The position numbers were made by a program, and so were the translations under genes. A stretch of 64,000 nt of DNA, from the NCBI GenBank assembly GCA_044892525.1, contig CM097887.1:2108001-2172000 (forward strand), in the 5' to 3' direction. The DNA is from Schmidtea polychroa. Its lineage: Eukaryota. This document shows positions 39,746-52,200 of this stretch, piece by piece. Under the pieces are notes generated by a model. It did no database searches and was not told the origin of the DNA. It was given only the letters and a program-made list of their open reading frames with translations. Position 1 is the stretch's first letter; each line of letters begins with the position of its first letter.

Positions 39746-42059
39746 TAATATGATGTCATATAGAAATAGGTGACATAATGATAGTAATGATGGGGTAATA
39801 TTTCCCTAGAATCACATCTCATATTTATACCAAATTTTACACTAATCGATCAATTGAAAATGAATGAGGAATATCTTTAGGAATAGAATTATATGCCTAA
39901 CATTTCCTTCCCAGCTCCCCTCTTCTCCCCATTCACTGCCTACTAGGTAAACAAAACAATAATAACCTGAATTCTAGGAATTCTCTTCCTCAACTTATCA
40001 CAGTTCTTTACCAATCTTTAAATAATTCAACTATTGACAATGGNNNNNNNNNNNNNNNNNNNNNNNNNNNNNNNNNNNNNNNNNNNNNNNNNNNNNNNNN
40101 NNNNNNNNNNNNNNNNNNNNNNNNNNNNNNNNNNNNNNNNNNNNNNNNNNNNNNNNNNNNNNNNNNNNNNNNNNNNNNNNNNNNNNNNNNNNNNNNNNNN
40201 NNNNNNNNNNNNNNNNNNNNNNNNCAAATTTCACACTGATTTATTTCCCATTGTATTTATTAAAAAGCATGATTATGAATCAATAAATTTATCGATGTGT
40301 TTTTGATATTCACGAATTTTCGGCACNNNNNNNNNNNNNNNNNNNNNNNNNNNNNNNNNNNNNNNNNNNNNNNNNNNNNNNNNNNNNNNNNNNNNNNNNN
40401 NNNNNNNNNNNNNNNNNNNNNNNNNNNNNNNNNNNNNNNNNNNNNNNNNNNNNNNNNNNNNNNNNNNNNNNNNNNNNNNNNNNNNNNNNNNNNNNNNNNN
40501 NNNNNNNNNNNNNNNNNNNNNNNNNNNNNNNNNNNNNNNNNNNNNNNNNNNNNNNNNNNNNNNNNNNNNNNNNNNNNNNNNNNNNNNNNNNNNNNNNNNN
40601 NNNNNNNNNNNNNNNNNNNNNNNNNNNNNNNNNNNNNNNNNNNNNNNNNNNNNNNNNNNNNNNNNNNNNNNNNNNNNNNNNNNNNNNNNNNNNNNNNNNN
40701 NNNNNNNNNNNNNNNNNNNNNNNNNNNNNNNNNNNNNNNNNNNNNNNNNNNNNNNNNNNNNNNNNNNNNNNNNNNNNNNNNNNNNNNNNNNNNNNNNNNN
40801 NNNNNNNNNNNNNNNNNNNNNNNNNNNNNNNNNNNNNNNNNNNNNNNNNNNNNNNNNNNNNNNNNNNNNNNNNNNNNNNNNNNNNNNNNNNNNNNNNNNN
40901 NNNNNNNNNNNNNNNNNNNNNNNNNNTGAAAATTTAGTGTAGAAAATCCGTGGTAAATATAAAAATATTAATTTTTCGTAAAATAAAGAAAAGATAAAGA
41001 AATTTGAGAAAAAAAATGAAGCAGATAAAATATTATTAATAAATTTGTACTTATTTAAACAACTCATATAATAATTAATTAATTAAATTGTAATTGATAT
41101 TTAGATAAATTCTTGGTAAAGCTTATGTTGTGAATTGAAGGTGTCCAACAGCAATATCCTTGTAGTGATGGAATATTATCAATATTATTACATTGAGTCC
41201 CCATGATAAGATCATTGGAATCTCAATCATATATATGGTAAGCAAACCCCTCCCCTCCTTCCCTCCCTTTAGTAATTATGTCAATGAAATCAAGTCATAT
41301 AAAAATAAAATAAAAATGAATTTCAGCGTGCTTTATGTGGAAATGTGTCCATTAAATGATTTCTAACTTACTCAGCATTTCCTATAATTATCACTGGAAT
41401 TTTCTAAGTTTTCCTTTATTATCTCTATATTTTCGTTCATTATTTTCTTACTTACAACGCTCGCTTTTCAATAGCAATGTAAAGCACATTGAGTACAATC
41501 AATACAATTTATCCGAATCATTGATTATCAGTCAACCATGACCGATTTGCACACCGCCAGCAAATGTTTATTATCAATTATATATCAATATTTTATATAA
41601 ATATTTAAACTCACCTCGTCACACTCGTCAGCCCTAATTTCAATAGTTTATTTCAGATTAATACAAAATATGATCAAAAGCTTTGATTGTTGAATTGAGA
41701 AATGAAGGTGCCATGAAGACAATAGTTGTTTAGCTGCACATCACTGATCAAATTGTTTACTAATATTTGAATATAACTTTATCATTAAATGTTATAATTG
41801 AAACGAGGGGGGTGGCAATGGGTAATACGTTAACAATTGCAAATTTGATTCGCTCCTTGTAATATTTTCTTTAAAGCTGGCACTTTTTACCTCTAAATGT
41901 GAAGTAGTAGATGTCGATATATGACAAATTAAAACAATATTTAAACAACTTAAAACCCCTTTAAAGCGTTCCTACTTGACCTAAAGTGATTGTAAATTAA
42001 CAAACAAAATTAAAATAGTAGAATTAAGGCGGTTAAACACAAATTGCGGATCAAATATT

Positions 42060-42480
42060 CAAATAATTTTTAAAATTTTTATATATTTAAATTATATTTT
42101 GATATTTTTTAATATTTTTTAAATTTTTTATAATTAAATTATTTATTTATATTATATAAATTATATTTATTATTATAATTTTTAATATTTTTATAATTAA
42201 ATTATTTATTTATATTATATAAATTATATTTATTAATATTATTTTTAATATTTTTATAATTAAATTATTTATTTATATTATATAAATTAAATTTATTATT
42301 ATTATTTTTAATATTTTTAAAATTAAATTATTTATTTATATTATATAAATTATATTTTGATATTTTTTAAAAATTATTTTTTTTTAATAATTTTTTTAAA
42401 ATTTTTATAATTAAATTATTAATTAAATTAAAATAATTAAATTATATTTGATTTTTTTTTATAAAATATTTCTTTTATTT
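42060..42480. repeat. Almost pure A/T tandem repeat (~55-60 bp units)
   Basis: Repeated tttttaatatttttataattaaattatttatttatattatataaattatatt. Confidence 0.85.
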
Positions 42481-45400
42481 TCAATATCAAAAATAAATTT
42501 TTTTTCTAACGCAAATTTTCAGCAATATCCTTATCAAGGGGGCCTCCAATTTGTGTTTCGTGGGGAAATTAATTTTTAATTAATTTATAATCACAGTGAA
42601 ATTATATTTAATATCAATTAAAAATGTATTAATTTAATCACCAATCAACTCAATTCATTCAACGGGATATTCTTATTGCTTTAGTAGAGGTGAGGGGGAG
42701 GGGAAGGGGGGGGGGGGGGCATCCATATATTTAAAATAACTTAAACCGAGCTCTGAAGTCATTTATAAAACTGTTACATAAAAAAAGATTAAATCCAGAA
42801 TTAATTTCCAATTAATAAACGATTTAATCTCATTCTCAAAATGGTAAATATAAAATTAACATCAAGAAACCGACAAAACGGGACTTACATAATTCTTCAT
42901 ATCCTTTCTGAAAACATAAAATCTTCGGAGCATTCTGGAAACAAAGCCAATTGTTCATGTAAAATGCTAAAACTACAACTAATCCAATCACTATCAGTAT
43001 TAATATGATGAAAACGATCAGAGTTCCCGAATCTGAAAATCATAAATGGACAATCTCAAGGATAATAGAACAGAAAAGTAACAAACAGGCCATTTTGATG
43101 CTAGCTGATCTATTTTATGCACTTCTGATAATATTAACAACAAAATTATCAAAGAAATTGAAATCTTTGACTTTTGAGAGGTGATTATATCTATTAGAAT
43201 AAACAAATATTATTTTTATTCAATATGAAAGTAAATTTATAAAATTCAGTCAAAAATTATTTTTTATTCTATCGAACTTTTAGAGTTGTATTTTTCTATT
43301 TTAATTAGATATTTTTTTTAAATTGCATCTTTAATCTATTAAATTAGAATATTCATTTCGCTTTTAATTTTTTAATGATAATTATTCTTTTTTAAGAAAG
43401 TAGAAGGTGGTTTCTTAATTCAGAAAAATACTCCAACTTGAAGGATAATCCTAATTCAAATTTTTTGGTGAATCTTATTTTAATTATGTTTGACAATAAT
43501 TGAGCTACCTTGAAATTTGTTTAACTAAGGCGTAAATACAGTGAACAGAAGTGACTAGAAATCAAATGAAAATCATAAATGAACACAAAATGAATATCAA
43601 ATTTAATATATAAAGAAATGAATAACATCCTTACTTGTTCTCTTATGCCACTTGTATTGTCACTTACACTTGTAAAAACCAGTGTCATTCCAAATAAGAC
43701 TATTCAAATACAAACAAACGATTCTTTGCATAAACACTACACTTTAATAGCTTAATGTATTCACTGATATTAATCAATTTCATCAGTCTTAATGATTCAA
43801 GAACTTGAGAAAGGAGATGAAAGAGAGTCATTCCTATTTATTTGGCTTTGCTTCCATGACGTTTGAATCCACAATTAAAATTTGAACACAATCTAAGAAG
43901 GATTTAAAATCCACTAATAAGCATAAAGAACAAATAAAACAACTATGAGGTGATCCCAAAAATGGAATACACAACGGCCTATTCAACATCTTTGTATTTG
44001 CATTATATCAGAAAAGAGAAGGAAGAATTCCATGATTGAATTGAAATTGTGTGATGTAAAAAGTTTGGTTTGAGATATCGGTTCTAAATTATAAGCCTGT
44101 CTTTGTGTTTATTAATGGATTTTAAATCTTGCTTAAATAGTAAGTTTTTTACCCACCTTACCTTTCTTCCGTTAAATTTTGATTACAATTAATTAAAATT
44201 TTTACACTTTTATATTAATTTGAGCATTTTTATGCAATTCTAACAGATTTCACATAATAACATCCTTCGACATTTCGCCTGAAATTGAATGCTTGACGTC
44301 CAGGTGCCAGAATAGATAATGATTCTAAAAACAAAATATGAAATTAATCAGAATCATTTGAAGTAATCGAAAGACATAAAAGAAAGGTTTCGAAGAATCT
44401 GTCAAAAATGCCTAGAACTCTAAACATTTCCATAAAGTCAAAGCACTAATGCTAAATTGGAATATGTTTTTTCTATAGGCCAATTTAACCAAAAACCATG
44501 ACATTCATCGTTAGAATTATATTTAAGTAATAAACGTCTAAAACTATTATAAAAATTACATCATCAACTTCCATATTGGAATTCTTTAATCTATGCCAAA
44601 TTCTATTTTTCCATAATTATCACTGTTATTTCCATTATCTGTTGTCATTAGTTCTTATGCGACTGGTCCACATTTTTCCAAATTACGAACTCCTTTGATA
44701 TTTAACCATAAAAAATATTAGTCAGAATTGGAAGGGTGTTAAGGTACAAAACGTTGGAAATATTTGTTAAACACTGCATCAATGCTATATTCGGCAGAGT
44801 TATCACTATTTTCATGGGGAACGGAATTCGAATATTACAAAACATTTTAGGGTGGGAAACATTCTCAATCTGTACGCATAAATGTGCTTCCTCCCTCATC
44901 GATGCTTGAGATTTTTCTGTTCTCTCCTCTTAACTACTCATGATCATTGATTTTATTGTTAAATTCTTGTAACGTTGGTACTGTAATTAAGTGGGTAGCT
45001 GTCATCAAAAGGTGATCCCTATCACAAGGATTCCAGATGCCCTAGCGCGGCTATGGGTTCATGGCAAAGCCATAGAATGGGTAGCGCCTTATTTTCTACT
45101 GTTTCCATAATCGTCGTATTTGACTGTCTACATAAACGCTCTACATAAACTTTATTACATTCATTCTACGTAGCACGAGCTATACAACATTTTAACAGTA
45201 CATATTCATCACGCATTTTTTTATAGTTATTCGATTCTGATTGTGAAAAATTCAACTTGTCGAATCAAATATTCTATGTAAATTTTGGTATTTAAATATA
45301 TATTCATATAAAGACTTGTGTTCTTTTTGTCTATTTATAAAAGAACCAGTAAAATTGGGAATCTCAAATAGTGAGACCTCAATATTGGCAATGATTTTGA

Positions 45401-46283
45401 TCTTCCTAAAATTTGAATTGTCTAAGCTATCTTATTCTTTAATCACGATTTTGTACTTTTATTTCTTCGACCAACTGGAATTTGCTTAACACATTCGTTT
45501 ACTTATATATTGTTTCTCACCCCGCTTACTCACGTAATTAAAGTAGCATTGACCAAAATTTTGAAAAATAAAATAATTGAATAGTTGTCATCTCGCCTTT
45601 GGTCACAGATCTCGTTTCGCTAATTTAAAACTAATAATTTTGAAATGAAGTCTAATTATATTATCCACTTGTTTAGCATTCAGGGTTTTCTGCATGAGTC
45701 GGACTTACCACATACTTAATAAATCATTCATTTATTTTAAATTTAATTATATTCATTGTATTTCTTTTCTGGTGACTCCCATCGGTTTCATATTAGTGTA
45801 CATGTGTTGATTTTTTTCAAATTTTTAATTAATTTTGAATTTTTCTAGGTTTTTACATTTTATTGATTTGGGCATTTAATGTTTTGCACATTCCAATACA
45901 TTTTGAGCTTATTTTTTACGAATCCCAACAAAAGAAATCAATTAAAATATTGTACTTATTTCTTGTAATAGTTTCAATAGTTAACAACTTATTGAGTATT
46001 TATTTATATATAGAGGATAATAGATAAAAAAGATTATAAAATAAAATAATTATAAATTATATAACATGTTCATTATTAAATTTAATTATAAATACTAAAA
46101 ATTTTTAATTAAAGTTTATTCTATCGAAAACCTTTTTTGTTTTAATTTGTCATTTATATTGACTTGTAATAAGTAAGATTTTATTAATAATATTTATGAA
46201 ACATGATTATATATTTAATATATAATTAGAGGTGAAGAGAAATATTATTAATATATTTATTTATTGTAGAATAATATCGTAGA

Positions 46284-49200
46284 ATGAAAATATTTGTGAC
46301 AACTGAGAGAGATTCCAAAGATGGCCTTGAGATGGAGGTTGATGAATATTCACAAGGAGAGAATATTAAATATTATTTCAATGAAATTCATCAAGAAGAT
46401 CAAACATGGACAAAAGATTATTACCGATTAATATATAAAAATATTATCATAAATGATCACGACTTCATCAGGAAGTATAAAATATCAGATGGAGATAAGA
46501 TCTGGCATGGGAAAATTGAGAACTATTTGGAAAGGTTGATCAAGTATATGAGATATCATTTGATAATTTCCATTGATTCCAGTGATGATGTAATTGTGGA
46601 ATTATTCCTTGCAGGGACCATACCTAATTGGGTTTGGTTAATTATCAAGCTTTATGATTCTATTGACTCGATCAGATCAATTATTGAACGGTTTCAACCA
46701 GAAATTATTCATATTTGGAATAGCAAAGGTGATCAAATGATAGGCAATCAATCAATCACAGATATCAATGAGGATGGATATTATCGATTGATTGTGAGGT
46801 GAATTTTGATTGGTTGGTTGATTGTGAGGTGAATATTGATTGATTGTGAGGGAATATTGATTGGTTGGTTGTGAGGGGATATTGATTGGTTGTGAGGGGA
46901 ATATTGATTGGTTGGTTGATTGTGAGGGGATATTGATTGGTTGTGGGGAATATTGATTGGTTGTGAGGTGAATATTGATTGGTTGTGAGGTGAATATTGA
47001 TTGGTTGATTGTGTTGGATATTGATTGGTTGTGAGGGGAATATTGATTGGTTGATTGTGTTGGATATTGATTGGTTGATTGTGAGGGGATATCGATTGAT
47101 TGTGAGGTGAATATTGATTGGTTGTGAGGGGAATATTGATTGGTTGGTTGTGTTGGATATTGAGTGGTTGTGTTGGATATTGAGTGGTTGTGAGGTGAAT
47201 TTTGATTGGTTGGTTGATTGTGAGGTGAATATTGATTGATTGTGAGGGAATATTGATTGGTTGATTGTGAGGGGATATTGATTGGTTGTGGGGAATATTG
47301 ATTGGTTGTGAGGTGAATATTGATTGGTTGTGAGGGGAATATTGATTGGTTGGTTGATTGTGAGGGGATATTGATTGATTGTGAGGAATATTGATTGGTT
47401 GTGAGGTGAATATTGATTGGTTGTGAGGTGAATATTGATTGGTTGATTGTGTTGGATATTGATTGGTTGTGAGGGGAATATTGATTGGTTGATTGTGTTG
47501 GATATTGATTGGTTGATTGTGAGGGGATATCGATTGATTGTGAGGTGAATATTGATTGGTTGTGAGGGGATATTGGTTGGTTGTGAGGGGAATATTGATT
47601 GGTTGGTTGTGTTGGATATTGAGTGGTTGTGAGGTGAATATTGATTGGTTGGTTGTGTTGGATATTGATTGGTCGTGAGGGGATATTGATTGATTGTGAG
47701 GTGAATATTGATTGGTCGTGATGGGATATTGATTGTGAGGGGAATATTGATTGATTGTGAGGTGAATATTGATTGGTTGGTTGATTGTGAGGGGAATATT
47801 GATTGATTGTGAGGGGATATTGATTGATTGTGAGGGGTTATTGATTGATTGTGAGGGGATATTGATTGATTGTGAGGGGTTATTGATTGATTGTGAGGGG
47901 TTATTGATTGATTGGTTGTGAGGGGATATTGATTAGTTGATTGGGGTGAATTTTGATTGGTTGTGAGGGGATAATGATTGGTTGGTTGTGTTGGATATTG
48001 ATTGGTTGTGAGTGGATATTGATTGGTTGGTTGTGAATATTGATTGGTTGTGTAGTGAATATTGATTGGTTGGTTGATTGCGAGGGGATATTGATTGATT
48101 GTGAAGGGTTATTGATTGATTGGTTGTGAGGGGATATTGATTGGTTATGAGGTGAATATTGATTGGTTGTGAGGTGAATATTGATTGGTTATGAGGTGAA
48201 TATTGATTGGTTATGAGGTGAATATTGATTGGTTGGTTGATTGTGAGGGGATATTGATTGATTGTGAGGGGAATATTGATTGATTGTGAGGGGAATATTG
48301 ATTGATTGTGAGGTGAATATTGATTGGTTGGTTGTGAGGGGATATTGATTGGTTGATTGGGGTGAATTTTGATTGGTTGTGAGGGGATATTGATTGGTTG
48401 GTTGTGTTGGATATTGATTGGTTGGTTGTGAATATTGATTGGTTGTGTAGTGAATATTGATTGGTTGGTTGATTGCGAGGGGATATTGATTGATTAAGAG
48501 GGGAATATTGATTGATTGTGAAGGGTTATTGATTGATTGGTTGTGAGGGGATATTGATTGGTTATGAGGTGAATATTGATTGGTTGTGAGGTGAATATTG
48601 ATTTGTTATCAGGTGAATATTGATTGGTTGGTTGATTGTGAGGGGATATTGATTGATTGTGAGGGGATATTGATTGGTTATGAGGTGAATATTGATTGGT
48701 TGTGAGGTGAATATTGATTGGTTGGTTGTGTCGGATATTGAGTGGTTGTGAGGGGATATTGATTGGTTGTGAGGTGAATATTGATTGGTTGTGAGGGGAA
48801 TATTGATTGTGAGGTGAATATTAATTGATTGTGAGGTGATATTGAATGGTTGATTGTGAATATTGATTGGTAGATTGTGAGTTGAATATTGATTGATTGT
48901 GAGATGAATATTGATATGTTGTGAGGGGAATATTGATTGGTTGTGAGGGGAATATTGATTGGTTGTGAGGGGAATATTGATTGATTGTGAGATGAATATT
49001 GATATGTTGTGAGGGGAATATTGATTGGTTGTGAGGGGAATATTGATTGGTTGATTGTGTTGGATATTGATTGGTTGTGAGAGGAATATTGATTGGTAAC
49101 TAGACGTTGCACATAAATTTATTACACATAAATGAAAATTAATGTCCATTAATATTAGGCTGATTATCTTGCTCTGGAATCTAAGCAAAGTTATTATTTA

Positions 49201-52200
49201 ATAATCTTCCTATACTATGTAAATATATTTTTGTGCTGCCAGAGTTCTTAAACTCACCATACGACCGATCAAGCTTAAGAATTCTCAAGTCTATAATGGT
49301 TTATACCTTAGCTTTATTGGGTGCCTTATCTTCCTGTGACCTCTAAATAATTGCTCAATTAAAATTTTGTTGTCAAATTATTGCATGATGAGATTGGATT
49401 TCACCATGGAAACAAGAATGCCAACCTTCAATGGCATTATTCGTCCGTCGGTTTCCAGCGAGTGTAGAGTTATAACAACTCGACGTAGTGTTCTCAAATC
49501 TTGGTGTTAATATGTCCAGTGATTTCCGTTTATTATTAAACCTTTTTATAATGCATTTTATGAGTAATTTAAATTTTATGTGTAACATCTGTGGATTTAT
49601 TGATTGATTGATTACTGTACTCAATACTCTTATCCATAGATGTGCTGATGAAAAGGTGCAAAATTTTACATTTACTGATTGCTGCGATCAGCATGACAAA
49701 TTCAGATTGAAATTTTGTTATTTCCGGTAATATTGTTTTAATGAATGCTAATATATAATTATGAAATATTCCCATAGATTTGATTTGGATTTTGACCTGA
49801 CTTTCTCATCTACCTTCATTACGGATATGAAAATTATCATTAATAAAGTCAGGTAATTGTTTTAGAAATTAATCAATAATATTAATAATTATAATCAATA
49901 ACAGTAATAATTATAAAAATTAATAATTACCAATAATAGTTATTATCAATAATAATTATCAATAATAATTTTCAATAATAATAATCAATAATCATAATCA
50001 ATAATAATAATCAATAATAATAATTATCAATAATAATAATTATCAATAATAATAATTATCAATAATAATAATAATAATCAATAATAATAATTATCAATAA
50101 TAATAATAATAATCAATAATAATAATCAATAATAATAATAATCAATAATAATAATTATCAATAATAATAATAATCAATAATAATTGATTCCAGACAAATA
50201 ATATTGTCAAATAATAAAATTGATGATATTTTGAATAAAAATTTGTCAGATTTCCCTCATTCTTATGCCAATTCTAAATTTTTATTTTGCATTCATATTT
50301 GTGAACGAATCTGGGATATTTGTGAGGAATATTGGGGACTGATCCAAGATGAGGATAATTTGCAGTGAGTTTAATGTTCGTAATGCATTATTTGTTGATC
50401 ATTTCAGTGAGTGGGGCAAAATGCGATCTTATTTCTGTTTATCTTTGTAAGTGCTATTAATTAATTTTGACACAAATCATTTGATTGGTCGAGCGTTTTG
50501 TTTGTCGTGTGATTTGTGCCGTTTGATTGGATGATAATAATAATTTTGATTATTAATTCATTCAGATTGGATTGTTTGCACAGATATTCTCTTCTCCGAT
50601 CGGATCATATAGAAAATGGAAATCGATCATATAATGAAATTCTGTAAGTTCAATTATTTATAAATCAATTGATATTTGATATTGCACTCTAGAATCGATG
50701 CCATGGATCATGTTTTCGCAATATTAAGCATACATGATGATAGTTGGAAGCGTTCAATAAAACTGTTAGTTGTGCTAATATCTTCAAGGGTTCCCAGACG
50801 CTTTTTATGTTCTGATGTTGTACAATAAAAAATAAATATGAGCTTAAAAGGAATTTAACATTAACCACTTGCCGGGCGATTTTTTTTCATGTTTTCGGTC
50901 AAAAAAAAACTATTTTTTTAAATCATTAATTAATAGTATATAATCATAATATAACGTAAATATATATTTTTTAATTTCCCGAGTTTGTATTCACTAATTA
51001 TTAATTATTGTTATTATATATCAAAGTGCACACACACACACATACATACACAAACAAACAAAAAAACAGTTTGAAAAACACGAAATGTCCGAAGAACGAA
51101 GTGAAACAATTCAAAAACGATGCAGTCGCGCCCGTGGTTATTGGACAACTGATATTTTAGAAAATATGAAAAACATACGAACCTGGAATTCATGTGTGTA
51201 TAGCCGAAAATTCACATGTGTTTATAAAAAAAATGACCTAAGAAATGGCAGTTTAGAACATAAATATCGTAAAATAATGTTGTTTGAAATATCGCTCATA
51301 TGTTATTCCACGCCCGGGATCAGATTTCTTATTCAAAGGACAATATTTTTTCTATATGAGTTTGCGCTCACATGTGAACGCTCGCCCGAAATGGTACACA
51401 TTTTTTACACTCATATTTGAGCGCGCGCCCGGCAAGTGGTTAAAGGAATGTTTAGATAAATAATATGCAGTTCGTCTGGTTTGGCTGACATTAAATCCAA
51501 AAATATCATAAACCAAAATAAGTCCATTTTTGTTTCTACTCCCAATGTGACATGATTTTACATCAGATACTGTATTTATTTCTGTTCCATTGAGGGTCTT
51601 AATGATCGCAGCATTCTAAGAATCTCAATTTGGCGTAAATGAATAGCATATTGTCCTAACTGGCGTAGATATCAGTAAATTAACATTTTCTGAATATAAA
51701 GCATCTAGATCAATATAATCTGCACTTGAACTCATACAACATACAACACCAAGATTAGATAAATCATAAATCAGTTTTATAACAGTCTTTCCATTAAAAA
51801 TAAGAACTCCAATTACATTGTCTTTACGATTATTATTATTAACTTTTAATCCTGAAACATTTATGAAGCGGTATGGTTTTTTCGATTTTGAAAAATTCAG
51901 AAATTAACAAAATAGTGAGGTTCAAATAATTAGACATCGAAATTGAAATAAACTGACAGATTCTTTAAATTTTAAAATACAAAACAAATAATATTTAAAC
52001 AAACCTTTACATAAAGTTTATTTAATTTTTTTAATTAATGGAAAACTTCATTTGACTCAGGACCACTCATGGAAGACCACCAAAGTCAGTCAAGCCGATG
52101 CAAGGTCATTATGACAGCAGCGGAATCAAGGTCACTATAACAACGGCGAATACGTTCATAAGAACTTATAAATAAGGAACGCACCGACAGTTGAAATAAT

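Larger units (their letters stand above)
1118..40925. other. Assembly gaps (N runs): 1118-1296, 8722-8936, 26836-27083, 27510-27698, 28554-28739, 38853-39026, 40044-40224, 40327-40925
   Basis: Runs of n in the sequence. ORFs that span them are artefacts. Confidence 0.99.

Noticed and set aside
922-41067. ORFs containing long X runs
   Set aside because: They are open only because N-gaps contain no stop codons.
43018-43206. Hydrophobic ORF as the transmembrane exon of the synaptotagmin
   Set aside because: I found no convincing donor site or phase link to exon 39745-39511.
46790-49097. G/T-rich array as interstitial telomeric repeat
   Set aside because: It contains no TTAGGG-type fixed short unit.
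48562-49188. 208 aa and 144 aa Asn/Gln/Ile-rich ORFs
   Set aside because: They are translations of the minisatellite on its C-rich strand.
51085-51420. 111 aa ORF as a transposase
   Set aside because: It lies inside a 575 bp MITE and has no piggyBac motifs.
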